Positions 39,145 to 49,037 of a stretch of DNA of 64,000 bases are shown piece after piece. Where the stretch lies: assembly GCA_963766885.1 (NCBI GenBank), contig CAVYBO010000001.1:68352-132351 (forward strand), in the 5' to 3' direction. Position 1 is the first letter of the stretch; the number at the start of each line of letters is the position of its first letter. A program made the translations under genes and the position numbers. Under the pieces are notes generated by a model that was not told where the DNA came from, made no database searches, and worked only from the letters and a program-made list of their open reading frames with translations. Source of the stretch: an uncultured bacterium (GTDB lineage: Bacteria; Patescibacteriota; Minisyncoccia; Phycocordibacterales; CAIRYW01).

Positions 39145-40077
39145 GCTCCCTACACAGATGTTACGAAACCATCAATTTAAACGGGAAACATAAAGCCTCT
39201 TTATTGAGTGTTATATGAATCTCCCGCTTAAAAGCGGGTTTTTTGATTCCGAAAGGAATCATTCGCCTTTGGCGAATTACCGATTGACCACACTTTGATA
39301 AATAAATCCTGCCACGACGCTTTTGGTCTTTTGCCCTGTTAGGCAATTGACTGATCGAGGTCTTTTCTTGTCGGAGGCAGATGTTGCGCTGAATTTTTCG
39401 GCGCAACAAATCTCATAAAATTTTTCTCAAGAGAATTTTATGAGGCAGGTAAATATTCCAAAATTAATTTTTTGGAATATGTAGTAAGCAAAACAATTAG
39501 TGAATTAAAAATTAACCATTTTTAATTCACAGGCGGTTTTTACATTTCCTAATAGGAAATGTAAGAGCATATGGTGGATGCCTTGGCTTCAAAAGGCTAT
39601 GAAGGACGCAGCAAAGCAGCGATATGCTTCGGGGAGGTGCCTAGCAACCTTTGATCCGGAGATTTCCGAATGGGGAAACCCAATCAAACAAGATTTGATT
39701 GTTCTATGAGTAACATCATAGTTCGCGCACACAGGGAAGTAAAACATTTCAGTACCTGTAGGAATAGAAACTAAACAGTATTCCGCGAGTAGCGGCGAGC
39801 GAAAACGGATGAGCCCAAACTGGCATTTTTTAATCTTGTTCCGCATTTTGCGTAATGAGATTAAAAACTGTCAGGGTTGCAAGGCGGCAAATATCTTTAA
39901 TGATGAAAAGTTACAAATTATTTTGTTAGGAGAATTTGCTGGAAAGCAAAGCCCTAGAGGGTAACAGACCCGTATCCGAAAACGAAATAACTTTTATTGC
40001 CGTTCTTAAGTACCTCGAGACACGAGTGGCTCGGGGGAATCTGCCGGAACTAACCGGTAAGGCTAAATACTTTTGAA

Positions 40078-40123
<46 letters not shown>

Positions 40124-41576
40124 GTTGAGGGGAGTGAAATAGATCTGAAACCATATGCTTACAAGGAGTCAGAGCGGATATTTATATCCGTCATGGCGTG
40201 CCTATTGAAGAATGAGCCAACGAGTTAATGTATAAAGCTGGCTAAAGGCGAGAGCCTGGAGCCACAGGGAAACCAAGTGTGAATAGCGCGAAATATAAGT
40301 TTTATACATTAGACCCGAAGCCAGAGCGAGCTACCCATGTGCAGGGTGAAGTTTATCGAAAGATAGATGGAGGCCCGAACCGTTGAGCCGTTCAACACTC
40401 TCGGATGACATGTGGGTTGAAGTGAAAAGCTAATCGAGCCTGGTAATAGCTGGTTCTCTCCGAAACAGCTTTTGGGCTGGCGTTGCGTGATCCTTCCGGG
40501 GGTAGAGCACTGGAAGGACTTGACAGGGAGAAATCTCGCAAGTCCTATCAACCTCCGAATACCGGAAATTTATAACGCAGCAGTTAGACCGTGGGGGCTA
40601 AGCTCCACTGGTCAAAAAGGGAAGAGCCTAGATCTCAAGTTAAGGTCCCTAAATCATAGCTAAGTGCATCACAAGGAGGTGAAGTTTCTCAGACACTGAG
40701 GAGGTTGGCTTAGAAGCAGCCATCCTTTAAAGAAAGCGTAACAGCTCACTCACTTAGAGACTTTGCACCGAAGATAATCGGGGCTAAAGCTATGTACCGA
40801 AACTGAGGGCTTTCAATTTCTTCGGAAATTGGGAGCGGTAGGAGAGTATTCGCATCTGCACTGAAGGCAAAGGGGTGACCCATGCTGGAGCGTTGCGAAG
40901 TAAGAATGTTGGCACAAGTAACCGCAATTAGAGTGAGATACTCTAACGTCGAAAGATCAAGGTTTCCTTGGCGATGAAGATCAGCCAAGGGTTAGTCGGT
41001 CCTAAGGGAATGGTGAGAACCGAACTCGATGGACACACGGTTAATATTCCGTGACTCATTGCATTGCGATGGAGGGACGAAGTTTAGTATGTATAGCGCA
41101 TTATGGATTTGCGTTTTCTTTTTAAGGATCAAGTGTAGGTAAATCCGCATTTGCCCGCAAGGGACATCCAAGAAAGGCGAGTAAGCTTGCAGCAATGCAG
41201 GCGAAGTATACAAAGCAAGCTTCCGAGAAAAACTTCTAAGCTTCAGATGCAATTGAACCGTACCGCAAACCGACACAGGTGATCAGGGCGAGTAGCCCAA
41301 GACGAACGAGTGAGAGGTCCTCAAGGAACTCGGCAAAAAAGCGACCGTAACTTCGGAATAAGGTCTGGCCACCGCAAGGTGGCCCGCAGCTAAAGTTTCT
41401 CTGGCGACTGTTTACCAAAAACACAGCTCCCTGCGAACTCGCAAGAGGATGTATAGGGGGTGACACCTGACCGATGCCAGAAGGTCAAACAGCGGCGTCT
41501 TTATATAGCAATATATAAAGGTGACTGTTGTAAGCCCTGGTGAATGTCGGCGATAACTATAATCGTCCTAAGGTAG

Positions 41577-42264
41577 GATTGCTGCCTTAGTAAAATCTAG
41601 CTATATGCTGGAAGGTCTGAGAATCTCAAGATACTATGGTATAATTATTCCATAGTAAAAAATCTATGAGTGCAGATAATCAGCAGGAAAGGCTAAAAAT
41701 TGAGAGTTGGATTGTTGGATTTACTGATGGAGAAGGTTGTTTCTCTGTAAGTATTATCAAAAACAAGACATCAAAAAGCGGTTGGCAAATATTTCCTGAG
41801 TTTGTAATAACTCAAGGAAAGAAAAGTCTTCCAGCGCTTGAAATATTTTTAAAATATTTCAAATGCGGAAAGATTTTTGTCAATCAAAGATATGATAACC
41901 ATAAAGAACATCTTTATCGTTACTGTGTCAGATCAATTAAAGAATTGCAGGAAATAATAATTCCATTCTTTAAGAAAAATCCTTTAATGACCCATAAACA
42001 GAATGACTTTGTGTTATTTTGCAAAATTATGGAAAAAATTTCTAAAGGAGAACATCTTAAAGTAGAAGGAATAATAAAAATTGCAAAACTGATTGAGCAG
42101 ATGAACCGCAAAAAGAAATCTCGGTTTTTAGAATCCTCAGAGACTACACGCTAGAACAACTATGCTACCGATAGTTTGTAAGATATAGTCCGAACTCATT
42201 GGCGACAATGAGAGTATTATAGAAATATAATACCGCGCTCGAAAGAGCAGTAACAAAATTAAGC
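41577..42264 (+). mobile_element. 23S intron 1 (group-I-like), inserted after CCTAAGGTAG (E. coli ~1917-1926 region), carrying a LAGLIDADG ORF
   Basis: The exon sequence is interrupted between GGTAG and CGAAATTCC, which are contiguous in E. coli 23S. Confidence 0.7.
41666..42154 (+). CDS. LAGLIDADG homing endonuclease (encoded in intron 1)
   Basis: WIVGFTDGEGCFSVSI is the LAGLIDADG motif. 162 aa. Confidence 0.8.
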   Translation: MSADNQQERLKIESWIVGFTDGEGCFSVSIIKNKTSKSGWQIFPEFVITQGKKSLPALEIFLKYFKCGKIFVNQRYDNHKEHLYRYCVRSIKELQEIIIPFFKKNPLMTHKQNDFVLFCKIMEKISKGEHLKVEGIIKIAKLIEQMNRKKKSRFLESSETTR

Positions 42265-42593
42265 GAAATTCCTTGTCAGGTAAGTTCTGACGCGCACGAA
42301 TGGTGTAACGACTGGAGAACTGTCTCGAGGACTTGCTCGGTGAAAATACAATACCGGTGAAGATGCCGGTTACCTGCAGTTAGACGAAAAGACCCCAGAA
42401 GCTTTACTGCAACTTGATATTGCGCTTACGCGTGTGCTGCGTAGCATAGGTGGGAGAGGTTATACGTATGATTTTGGTTGTACGGTACTCAACAGTGAAA
42501 TACCACTCTGTATTTGTGTAAGTGCTAACATTACCGGACAAAACCGGTGAAGGACAGTATCTGGTGGGCAGTTTTAGTGGGGCGCTATCCTTC

Positions 42594-43120
42594 AGGATGC
42601 AAATTTATTTGTATCTTGAATCCGTGGCGCCTCCAGGAAAATCAGACCGAAAAAAATAAAATAGGGGGACTTTGGCGAGCAATCGCCATCGAAAAATCAG
42701 CTATATGCTGGGAAATCTGGTGTATCCGGAGCTACTTATATATTATATAATTAATTATTATAAATAAAATTAATTAATATTAAATATATGAGTGAAAAAG
42801 CACCCGGTGCAGATAATCAGCAGGAAAATAATTTTAGAAGGAATATAGAAGTTTCTAAGCTAATGTTGAAAGAATACGATGAATTAAGAACCGACATAAC
42901 ATGGCTTCAAGATGCAACTCCTGAAGAAATTCAGGAATTAACGAATGCATTAAAAGACTTAAGATCCAAAGTGCAAAAAGTTGGAGAAAAGTACGGACGA
43001 AAGTCATAGAAACTAATCAAAGAAAAATTATTTTCCCCAGAGACTACACGCTGGTCTCCGCAGAAATGTGGATGAATGTATAGTCCGTCCTGCATAGCGA
43101 TATGCAGTTAACAAAGAGCC
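42594..43120 (+). mobile_element. 23S intron 2, inserted between ...GGGGCGCTATCCTTC and TAAAGAGTAACGGAGG, related to intron 1 but with a non-endonuclease ORF
   Basis: Shares with intron 1 the segment ATC(A/T)AGCTATATGCTGG upstream of the ORF, the 21-nt string GTGCAGATAATCAGCAGGAAA at the ORF start, and CAGAGACTACACGCT at the 3' end. Confidence 0.6.
42788..43009 (+). CDS. 73-aa helical hypothetical protein inside intron 2 (not LAGLIDADG)
   Basis: MSEKAPGADNQQENNFRR... shares ADNQQE with the N-terminus of the intron-1 endonuclease (MSADNQQERL), then diverges. Confidence 0.35.
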   Translation: MSEKAPGADNQQENNFRRNIEVSKLMLKEYDELRTDITWLQDATPEEIQELTNALKDLRSKVQKVGEKYGRKS

Positions 43121-43452
43121 TAAAGAGTAACGGAGGAGTCTATTAAGGTCAGCTAGGCGCGAATGGAAACCGTGCCGATAGTGCATTGGCATAAGCTGGC
43201 TTGACTGCAAGACGTGAATGTCGAGCAGATGCGAAAGCAGAGCAAAGTGAACCGACCGTTGGCATTAGATGCTGCGGAAGATTATCTGACAAAAGCTACT
43301 CTGGGGATAACAGGCTAGTTCCGCCTAAGCGTCCATAGCGACGGCGGAGTTCGGCACCTCGATGTCGGCTCATCTTATCCTGGGGGTGGAGAAGCTCCCA
43401 AGGGTTTGGCTGTTCGCCAATTAAAAAGATACGCGAGCTGGGTTCAGACCGT

Positions 43453-43845
43453 TTAGATTCTAACACCCTCCAACCCCCTCTTAATTTAAGAGGGGGCGAG
43501 GGGGAGTTATTGGAATTTAAACAGTCTGAATCGTCGAGAGAGAATTGGGCCGAGAGGTTCAATTCTAATTATTTTTTGCACAAGTTGCAGAAATATACTG
43601 TTATAGAGACAAAGCAGTCAATTAAAGTTGACTGCGTCAACCAAAAATATAAATTCACGGCGGTCGCATAGAGAAATCTGTGCGTACGAAGTTAACTTAT
43701 TCGGAAAAATCTTTGATTGATTATCAAAGACAATACCGAGCTATGTCGAAAGATGTAGTGTAGAGACTAAACGTTAACCATCTTAATTTCGAAAGAAAAA
43801 AGATGATGATATAGTCCATTCCACGAAGTGATTCGTGACAAGAAG
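43453..43845 (+). mobile_element. 23S intron 3, ORF-less, inserted in ...GGGTTCAGACCGT|...|CGTGAGACAGGTTGG
   Basis: About 390 nt with no E. coli counterpart. It contains a GC hairpin CCCCCTCTTAATTTAAGAGGGGG. Boundaries are approximate. Confidence 0.5.
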
Positions 43846-43909
43846 CGTGAGACAGGTTGGTCTCCTATCTACTGCAGGCGTTGATTCTTGAGAGGATTTG
43901 TCCCTAGTA

Positions 43910-44762
43910 GCCCGCAAGGGCCTGCTACTTCACGAAGAAATTTGTGATGACAAATTGGCTAATAACGGTGAAGTCTTCATCATTTTCTGATTCTTTCAGC
44001 AAACACATTGCAACGGTCCAGTTGATGTGCTGAGAATTTACTTGAGGACCAGAAGATGTTAAGATAATACCGTGGGAAGTCGATCTAAAATTGAAAAGAA
44101 AACAGAGTTAGCATATATTGCAGGTTTTCTTGATGGTGATGGAAGCTTGATGCTTCAAATCAAAAAACGCAAAGATGGCAATATCGGCATACGATTTATG
44201 GCCACCATTTGCTTTTATCAAGATATCAGGCATGAAAATGAGCTCAATTGGATAAGAAAAGTTTTGGGTATCGGTTATATTTCCAAAAGAAATGATGGAA
44301 TGACCGAGCTGCGAATAAATGGTTTTAAGCAAGTTGAAGAAATTCTTCAGAATTTGCTGCCATATATTCGATTTAAAAAACTTCAAGGCGATGCATTACT
44401 AAATGCATGCCATATTCTTACCAAAACAAAGTTCAAAATGCTGACACAAAAGCAAATTATGTCTTTGGTTGATTCGATCTTGGTTATACAAAATGAAAAT
44501 TATGTTACTAAGAAGAAAAAAACAAAAGAAGAATTGCTCAAAATTTTAGGTTTGACCCCGTAACGACTGTTTCTGTCTTGCAAATGCAAACAGAATGACT
44601 TCTTGAATACTGGAAAGCTCACTTTTAGTGAACAGGTATCAAGTTGTAATACGCCAACCCTTCATCCATTAAAATATTTTGATGGAAAAGGTGAAGATAT
44701 AGTCTGCTCTCCTAGAAATAGGGGGTACTGTTTAATTCTAAATTTAATGAATTAAATTAAGC
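43910..44762 (+). mobile_element. 23S intron 4, inserted in the sarcin-ricin loop region (CCTAGTA|...|GACGAGAGGACCGG), carrying a LAGLIDADG ORF
   Basis: The exon is interrupted within the AGUACGAGAGGACC motif. Confidence 0.65.
44072..44563 (+). CDS. LAGLIDADG homing endonuclease (encoded in intron 4)
   Basis: LAYIAGFLDGDGSLMLQI. 163 aa. Confidence 0.8.
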   Translation: MGSRSKIEKKTELAYIAGFLDGDGSLMLQIKKRKDGNIGIRFMATICFYQDIRHENELNWIRKVLGIGYISKRNDGMTELRINGFKQVEEILQNLLPYIRFKKLQGDALLNACHILTKTKFKMLTQKQIMSLVDSILVIQNENYVTKKKKTKEELLKILGLTP

Positions 44763-45092
44763 GACGAGAGGACCGGGATGAACTGACCTCTGGTCTATCG
44801 GCTGTTCCGCCAGGAGCACTGCCGAGTAGCTACAGTCGGGATTGGATAAGCTCTGAAAGCATCTAAGAGCGAAGCCAACCTCAAGATTAGGAATCGTTAA
44901 GATCCGTGGGAGATGACCACGTTGATAGGCGTTAGGTGGAAAGCAAGCAATTGCCTGAGCCGAGACGTACTAATTAATCGATCCTATTAGGAAATGTGAA
45001 TGCCGCTTAAGTATGCAAATACTTTGGTTGCTTTGATTACTACAAAAAAAGAAAAGACAAATTTGAAAATTGGAATCTGAATTTTTGCGAAA

Positions 45093-45165
45093 GCACCCCT
45101 AGCTTCAATGTTAGAGCGTCGGCTTCTTAAGCCGAAGGTTGCAGGTTCGAGTCCTGCGGGGTGCG
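45093..45165 (+). tRNA. tRNA-Lys (anticodon CUU), no encoded CCA
   Basis: Hand-folded cloverleaf. Acceptor GCACCCC/GGGGTGC, D stem GCTT/GAGC, anticodon stem TCGGC/GCCGA with loop TTCTTAA, T arm GCAGG-TTCGAGT-CCTGC, discriminator G. Confidence 0.8.
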
Positions 45166-45437
45166 CGCAAAATTATGTTCTTTTGAGTAAAGTAGGCCGG
45201 AAGGTGAATTTGCTTCCCCTGCTTCAATGGCTAGGGTGGTTGGGCACAATTGATAGGATATGCCAATATGTAGGTCTCGCATCGCGGCCCGCTGTTGGAT
45301 TGAGTCCTCTTGTTAGCCACTCATGCGCTGCACCTTGATTACGGGGGCACAATAAGCCTTCCGGCCTTCTTTATTCAGCAGCGCAATCATTTGATTGCGC
45401 TCAGATTCCAGTTTTCAAATTCGCATTAAATATTTTG

Positions 45438-45549
45438 TTCTGGTGATTCGTCGGAGAGGTCACACCTGTTCTCATTCCGAACACAGAAGTTAAGCTCTCT
45501 AGAGGCGATGATACTCTTTATGGAGGGGAAAGTAGCTAGTCGCCAGAAC
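45438..45549 (+). rRNA. rrf: 5S rRNA
   Basis: UUCUGGUGAUUCGUCGGAGAGGUCACACCUGUUCUCAUUCCGAACACAGAAGUUAAGCUCU... is closely similar to Bacillus-type 5S. The terminal helix TTCTGGTG/CGCCAGAA closes the molecule. Confidence 0.85.
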
Positions 45550-45607
45550 AAAGTATTTAAAAAATAAAAATTGAACATCGTGAACTTTTTGATATACTCA
45601 TAATTAT

Positions 45608-45949
45608 ATGGAGGAACCACTAAGTCAGATGGATGATAAAGTTGAACTGGTTTTGGCCCAACTCGTAAAAGCCGGTTCTAATTTATCAAAACTGCATACT
45701 ATTGTTTTTTATCTTTATCTTCCTGATGAAGTGTCTGCCAGAGAATGTGCAAAAATGATTTATGAAAAAAATCCTGATGACAAAATTAGGGTTGGATTGT
45801 CTGCTAAGCCCAATACTGTTTTATGTGAAGTAACTCGAATAATGTTGCCTGAAATTAATGCTATTAAGAATGCGGGTAGGCAGTTTGACGAAATAACCAA
45901 GAAATTAAAAGGGGTTTATGACGGATGGCAGACTGCGGTTGAGAAGTAA
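45608..45949 (+). CDS. RraB-like protein (regulator of RNase E activity B family), tentative
   Basis: 113 aa. KLHTIVFYLYLPDE...VLCEVTRIMLPE...KKLKGVYDGWQTAVEK resembles E. coli RraB (YTIEHHLSADD...DIVICCD...EKFDVEYDGWGTYFE), including the YDGW motif. Confidence 0.45.
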   Translation: MEEPLSQMDDKVELVLAQLVKAGSNLSKLHTIVFYLYLPDEVSARECAKMIYEKNPDDKIRVGLSAKPNTVLCEVTRIMLPEINAIKNAGRQFDEITKKLKGVYDGWQTAVEK

Positions 45950-46067
45950 TCGAGATTAGTTTTTCTAAGGCGATGAGTCACAGGTAAAATTCTACTGAAT
46001 TTTTCCGCGACCCCGCCTCGCGCCGCCTCGCTCCGGCTCTGAATTCCTCCAAGTATTCGGAATTCAG

Positions 46068-46114
46068 CTCTTTATGGAGGGGAAAGTAGCTAGTCGCCAG
46101 AACAAAATATTTAA
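46068..46114 (+). repeat. direct repeat of the 5S rRNA 3' end (second copy; first copy 45515..45561)
   Basis: 39 nt identical (CTCTTTATGGAGGGGAAAGTAGCTAGTCGCCAGAACAAA) plus a (G/A)TATTTAA extension. The two copies bracket the RraB-like gene. Confidence 0.75.
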
Positions 46115-46128
46115 TCTATAATTCTCGT

Positions 46129-46890
46129 ATGCTTTCTTGGGGTGCCAAAAGACAGTTGATTATCGGCTCAGTCGCAACTTTAATTGTGGTTGCTTTAATT
46201 TCTGTGCCTGTATATAAAAAGTTTTTTGATAAAATACCAACGTGTTTTGATGGAATCCAAGACGGAGATGAGGCGGGAGTTGATTGCGGCGGAACGTGTT
46301 CCAAAGTCTGCGCTTTTCAGGCAAAGCTGCCGCTTGTTTCTTATACTAGAATTTATGAAGTTTCTCCTGGCAGATACAATGTTTTGGCAATGGTAGAAAA
46401 TCTAAACCAAGGAGTTTTTGCTTCTAGTACGGAGTATTCTTTCAAGGTTTATGATAACAATAATGTTTTGCTTGCAGAAAAAGACGGCAATACTGTAATT
46501 CCCCCAGGAGAAATTTTCCCAGTTTTTGATTATGGAATAGAAACAGGTGATCGAGTTCCGCAGTCGGTTTCCTTTGCTATGCAAAGTAATATCAACTGGG
46601 AATCTGGAAGTTTTCCGCAGCCAAACCTTAGTGTAAACAACAAAGGCTGGAGCGCCACAGGCACGGCTCCTGTGCTTGAGGCTGATATTACGAACCAAGA
46701 AGTCTATCCTGTTTCCAATATTAAGGCTGTGGTGCTCGTATATGATAGTAACGAAAATGTCATCGCCGCTTCGCAGAGCCTAATTGATTCCATTCTGCCG
46801 CAAGGAACAAAAAGTGTTTTCTTTGTATGGAATACACCATTCAGTGTCTCGCCTAGCAAAACTCAAATTTTCCTAATACCAAGCGTTTAG
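46129..46890 (+). CDS. signal-anchored hypothetical protein with a CxDGxxDGDExGxDCGGxC motif
   Basis: N-terminal TM segment LIIGSVATLIVVALISVPVY, Cys motif TCFDGIQDGDEAGVDCGGTC, and a beta-rich C-terminal domain. 253 aa, immediately upstream of rodA. Confidence 0.45.
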   Translation: MLSWGAKRQLIIGSVATLIVVALISVPVYKKFFDKIPTCFDGIQDGDEAGVDCGGTCSKVCAFQAKLPLVSYTRIYEVSPGRYNVLAMVENLNQGVFASSTEYSFKVYDNNNVLLAEKDGNTVIPPGEIFPVFDYGIETGDRVPQSVSFAMQSNINWESGSFPQPNLSVNNKGWSATGTAPVLEADITNQEVYPVSNIKAVVLVYDSNENVIAASQSLIDSILPQGTKSVFFVWNTPFSVSPSKTQIFLIPSV

Positions 46891-46892
46891 CA

Positions 46893-48020
46893 ATGAAAGA
46901 CTTTTTTAAGAATGCGGGAGAAATAGATTACTTATTATTACTCGGAGTTTTTCCTCTTTTGGTTGCTGGCCTCTCGACGATCAGCGCTTTCAATGGTCAG
47001 AACACCCTTTTTTACAGAGAATTTTTCTGGATTATTTTTTCTGTGATTATTTTTTTTATTTTCAGTCGAATTGATTGGCGCTTCATGAGAAAAACTGGTC
47101 CAGTGGTCTTTCTCTACGTATTTTCTTTTTCACTTTTGATGGCGCTCTTGGTTTTAGGCAGGGCAATCAAGGGCGCTAAAAGCTGGTTTTCGTTTGGAGC
47201 TTTTTCTTTTGAACCGGTTGACTTGGCCAAGATTGCTTTGATTTTTCTATTGGCAAAATATTTTTCAAAAAGACATATGGAGATTGCCAATGTCCGGCAT
47301 ATTATTGTATCCGGATTTTATACATTTTTGATTTTTGCCGCAGTTTTGCTGCAGCCGGATTTTGGATCGGCAATTGTTATTTTTTTAATCTGGTTTGGAA
47401 TGGTCATGTTTTCCGGAATCTCAAAAAAACATTTTTTTACTGTCATTTTTGGCGGAATTGCAGTCTTTTTTCTGCTTTGGAACTTCGGTCTGCATGAATA
47501 TCAAAAAGAAAGAGTGTTGAATTTTATTCATCCTTTGGCTGATATTCAAGGAGGCGGGTATAACGCGTATCAATCAATGATTGCTGTCGGCAGCGGAGGG
47601 ATTTTGGGAAAGGGCATAGGTTTTGGCACCCAAAGCAGGCTTAATTTTTTGCCAGAATACGAAACAGATTTTATATTCGCAGCTTTTGCCGAAGAGTGGG
47701 GGTTTGTAGGTGTGCTTTTTATATGCATCGCTTTTGCCTTGGTTATTTGGAGGATTCTTTCAATTTCCGCCAAAAGCGAAAGCAATTTCGAGGCTCTTTT
47801 TGGAGTGGGTCTGGCTATATTTTTTGTCTCCCACTTTCTAATTAACGTCGGCATGAATGTCGGACTGATGCCGGTCACTGGAATCCCGCTGCCTTTTGTA
47901 AGTTACGGAGGTTCTAATCTTTTTATATCTTTTGCAGGCCTGGGTATTTTGATGGGAATGAAAAAATACGGCCGTCCCGCACATAGGGAAACAATAAGCA
48001 ATGAGTTTTTGGGAATTTAG
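46893..48020 (+). CDS. rodA: SEDS family protein (RodA/FtsW)
   Basis: 10-TM profile. Motifs LHPLADIQGGGYNAYQSMIAVGSGGILGKG, TDFIFAAFAEEWGFVG and PVTGIPLPFVSYGGS. Confidence 0.8.
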   Translation: MKDFFKNAGEIDYLLLLGVFPLLVAGLSTISAFNGQNTLFYREFFWIIFSVIIFFIFSRIDWRFMRKTGPVVFLYVFSFSLLMALLVLGRAIKGAKSWFSFGAFSFEPVDLAKIALIFLLAKYFSKRHMEIANVRHIIVSGFYTFLIFAAVLLQPDFGSAIVIFLIWFGMVMFSGISKKHFFTVIFGGIAVFFLLWNFGLHEYQKERVLNFIHPLADIQGGGYNAYQSMIAVGSGGILGKGIGFGTQSRLNFLPEYETDFIFAAFAEEWGFVGVLFICIAFALVIWRILSISAKSESNFEALFGVGLAIFFVSHFLINVGMNVGLMPVTGIPLPFVSYGGSNLFISFAGLGILMGMKKYGRPAHRETISNEFLGI

Positions 48021-48026
48021 AGCAAG

Positions 48027-48893
48027 TTAATTTTCTCTCAAAAAATTATCCCTTTCAGCAAGATATATATTGTTGATAGCATCGGCGGTGAGGCCGGAAC
48101 TAAAAACTCGCACTCGCTCTATATTTCCATCAAAAAAATTCCCTCCAGAATCGCACCAAGCACCTATTTTAATTTCCCCCTTTTCCAAATTACCACTCGA
48201 GTAGTTGATTTTATTTTCTAGTTTGCCATCAATGTAAATTGAGTTTGTCGAACCGTCTTCAACTCCTGCCACAAAATACCAAGTATTTGCCTGAGGAGCG
48301 GATACACTGTCAACTTCGCCGTTTGCCGAGGCATAGGAGGCGCTAAATTTTCCGTTATTTTGATAAATTCCATAAGCGGTTGGGCTGCCACTGTCTACAC
48401 CAACACAAGCGATAGTTCCAATACCAGAGGAGATGGCGGGTCTGACCCATGCGGCAACAGTGATGGGGTTGCTGCCCATAGGCTGATTGTTAAAAGGGGA
48501 CAAGCTTATTTCCTGTCCATTAAACACAAGCGAGTAGCCTTGATTGTTTACTGTTTCATTTGACCACATTGAAGAAGATATTCCAGATAGATTGTTCCCA
48601 AATCCAGAAGAATCTGCGGTAGTAATATTGCCTGGACCTTCATTAAAATTCCATATACCGACTGCATAAGAGGTTAAGGTGGCATCAAGATTAGATTCGA
48701 ATTCTTCCCCGTCGGCAATCTCGGTTTTCTTATTGGTAACTGTTAAACTGGCAAAGACAATACTAGATAGAAAACTAAGTATTGAAATAACAAACAGAAG
48801 TTCAACCAATGTAAATCCTTTGTTTGATTTTGAAATCATTTGAATGAAAGATAAATAACTAAAGACGCTGTAAAGAAAAATATTGAAATACAA
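48027..48893 (-). CDS. type IV pilin-like protein with a prepilin N-terminal methylation motif and a LamG/concanavalin-like C-terminal domain
   Basis: SNKGFTLVELLFVISILSFLSSIVFA is a class III signal. The true start is likely the internal Met (MISKSNKG) at about 48839. The C-terminal ~200 aa are beta-rich, LamG-like. Confidence 0.6.
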   Translation of the reverse strand: MYFNIFLYSVFSYLSFIQMISKSNKGFTLVELLFVISILSFLSSIVFASLTVTNKKTEIADGEEFESNLDATLTSYAVGIWNFNEGPGNITTADSSGFGNNLSGISSSMWSNETVNNQGYSLVFNGQEISLSPFNNQPMGSNPITVAAWVRPAISSGIGTIACVGVDSGSPTAYGIYQNNGKFSASYASANGEVDSVSAPQANTWYFVAGVEDGSTNSIYIDGKLENKINYSSGNLEKGEIKIGAWCDSGGNFFDGNIERVRVFSSGLTADAINNIYLAERDNFLREN

Positions 48894-49037
48894 ATCAAAA
48901 TTATATTAGCGCTTTTTTTGCTTTTTGCTATCCTGTGCTTCATAAGAAACCAAACCAAACCTTTCTGATTTTCAGAATTTATTTTGCGACCTGTTGGTTC
49001 ATCAAATTCTATGTTTCCCATAATTAATATTTTAACA

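Noticed and set aside
40309-41466. ORF-track entries inside the 23S gene (40309..40551-, 40472..40663+, 40746..40988-, 40992..41276-, 41236..41466-, also 43028..43210- and 43296..43562-)
   Set aside because: They overlap conserved 23S rRNA sequence or its introns and are open only by chance in structured RNA. No protein features.
45108-45338. ORF 45108..45338+ (76 aa)
   Set aside because: It overlaps tRNA-Lys and the structured rRNA spacer. The GC-rich, Ala/Gly/Pro-type translation is typical of non-coding GC-rich RNA.
45166-45437. A second tRNA in the tRNA-Lys to 5S spacer
   Set aside because: The D-loop-like string GCTTCAATGG recurs, but no acceptor, anticodon or T-arm cloverleaf could be built on either strand.
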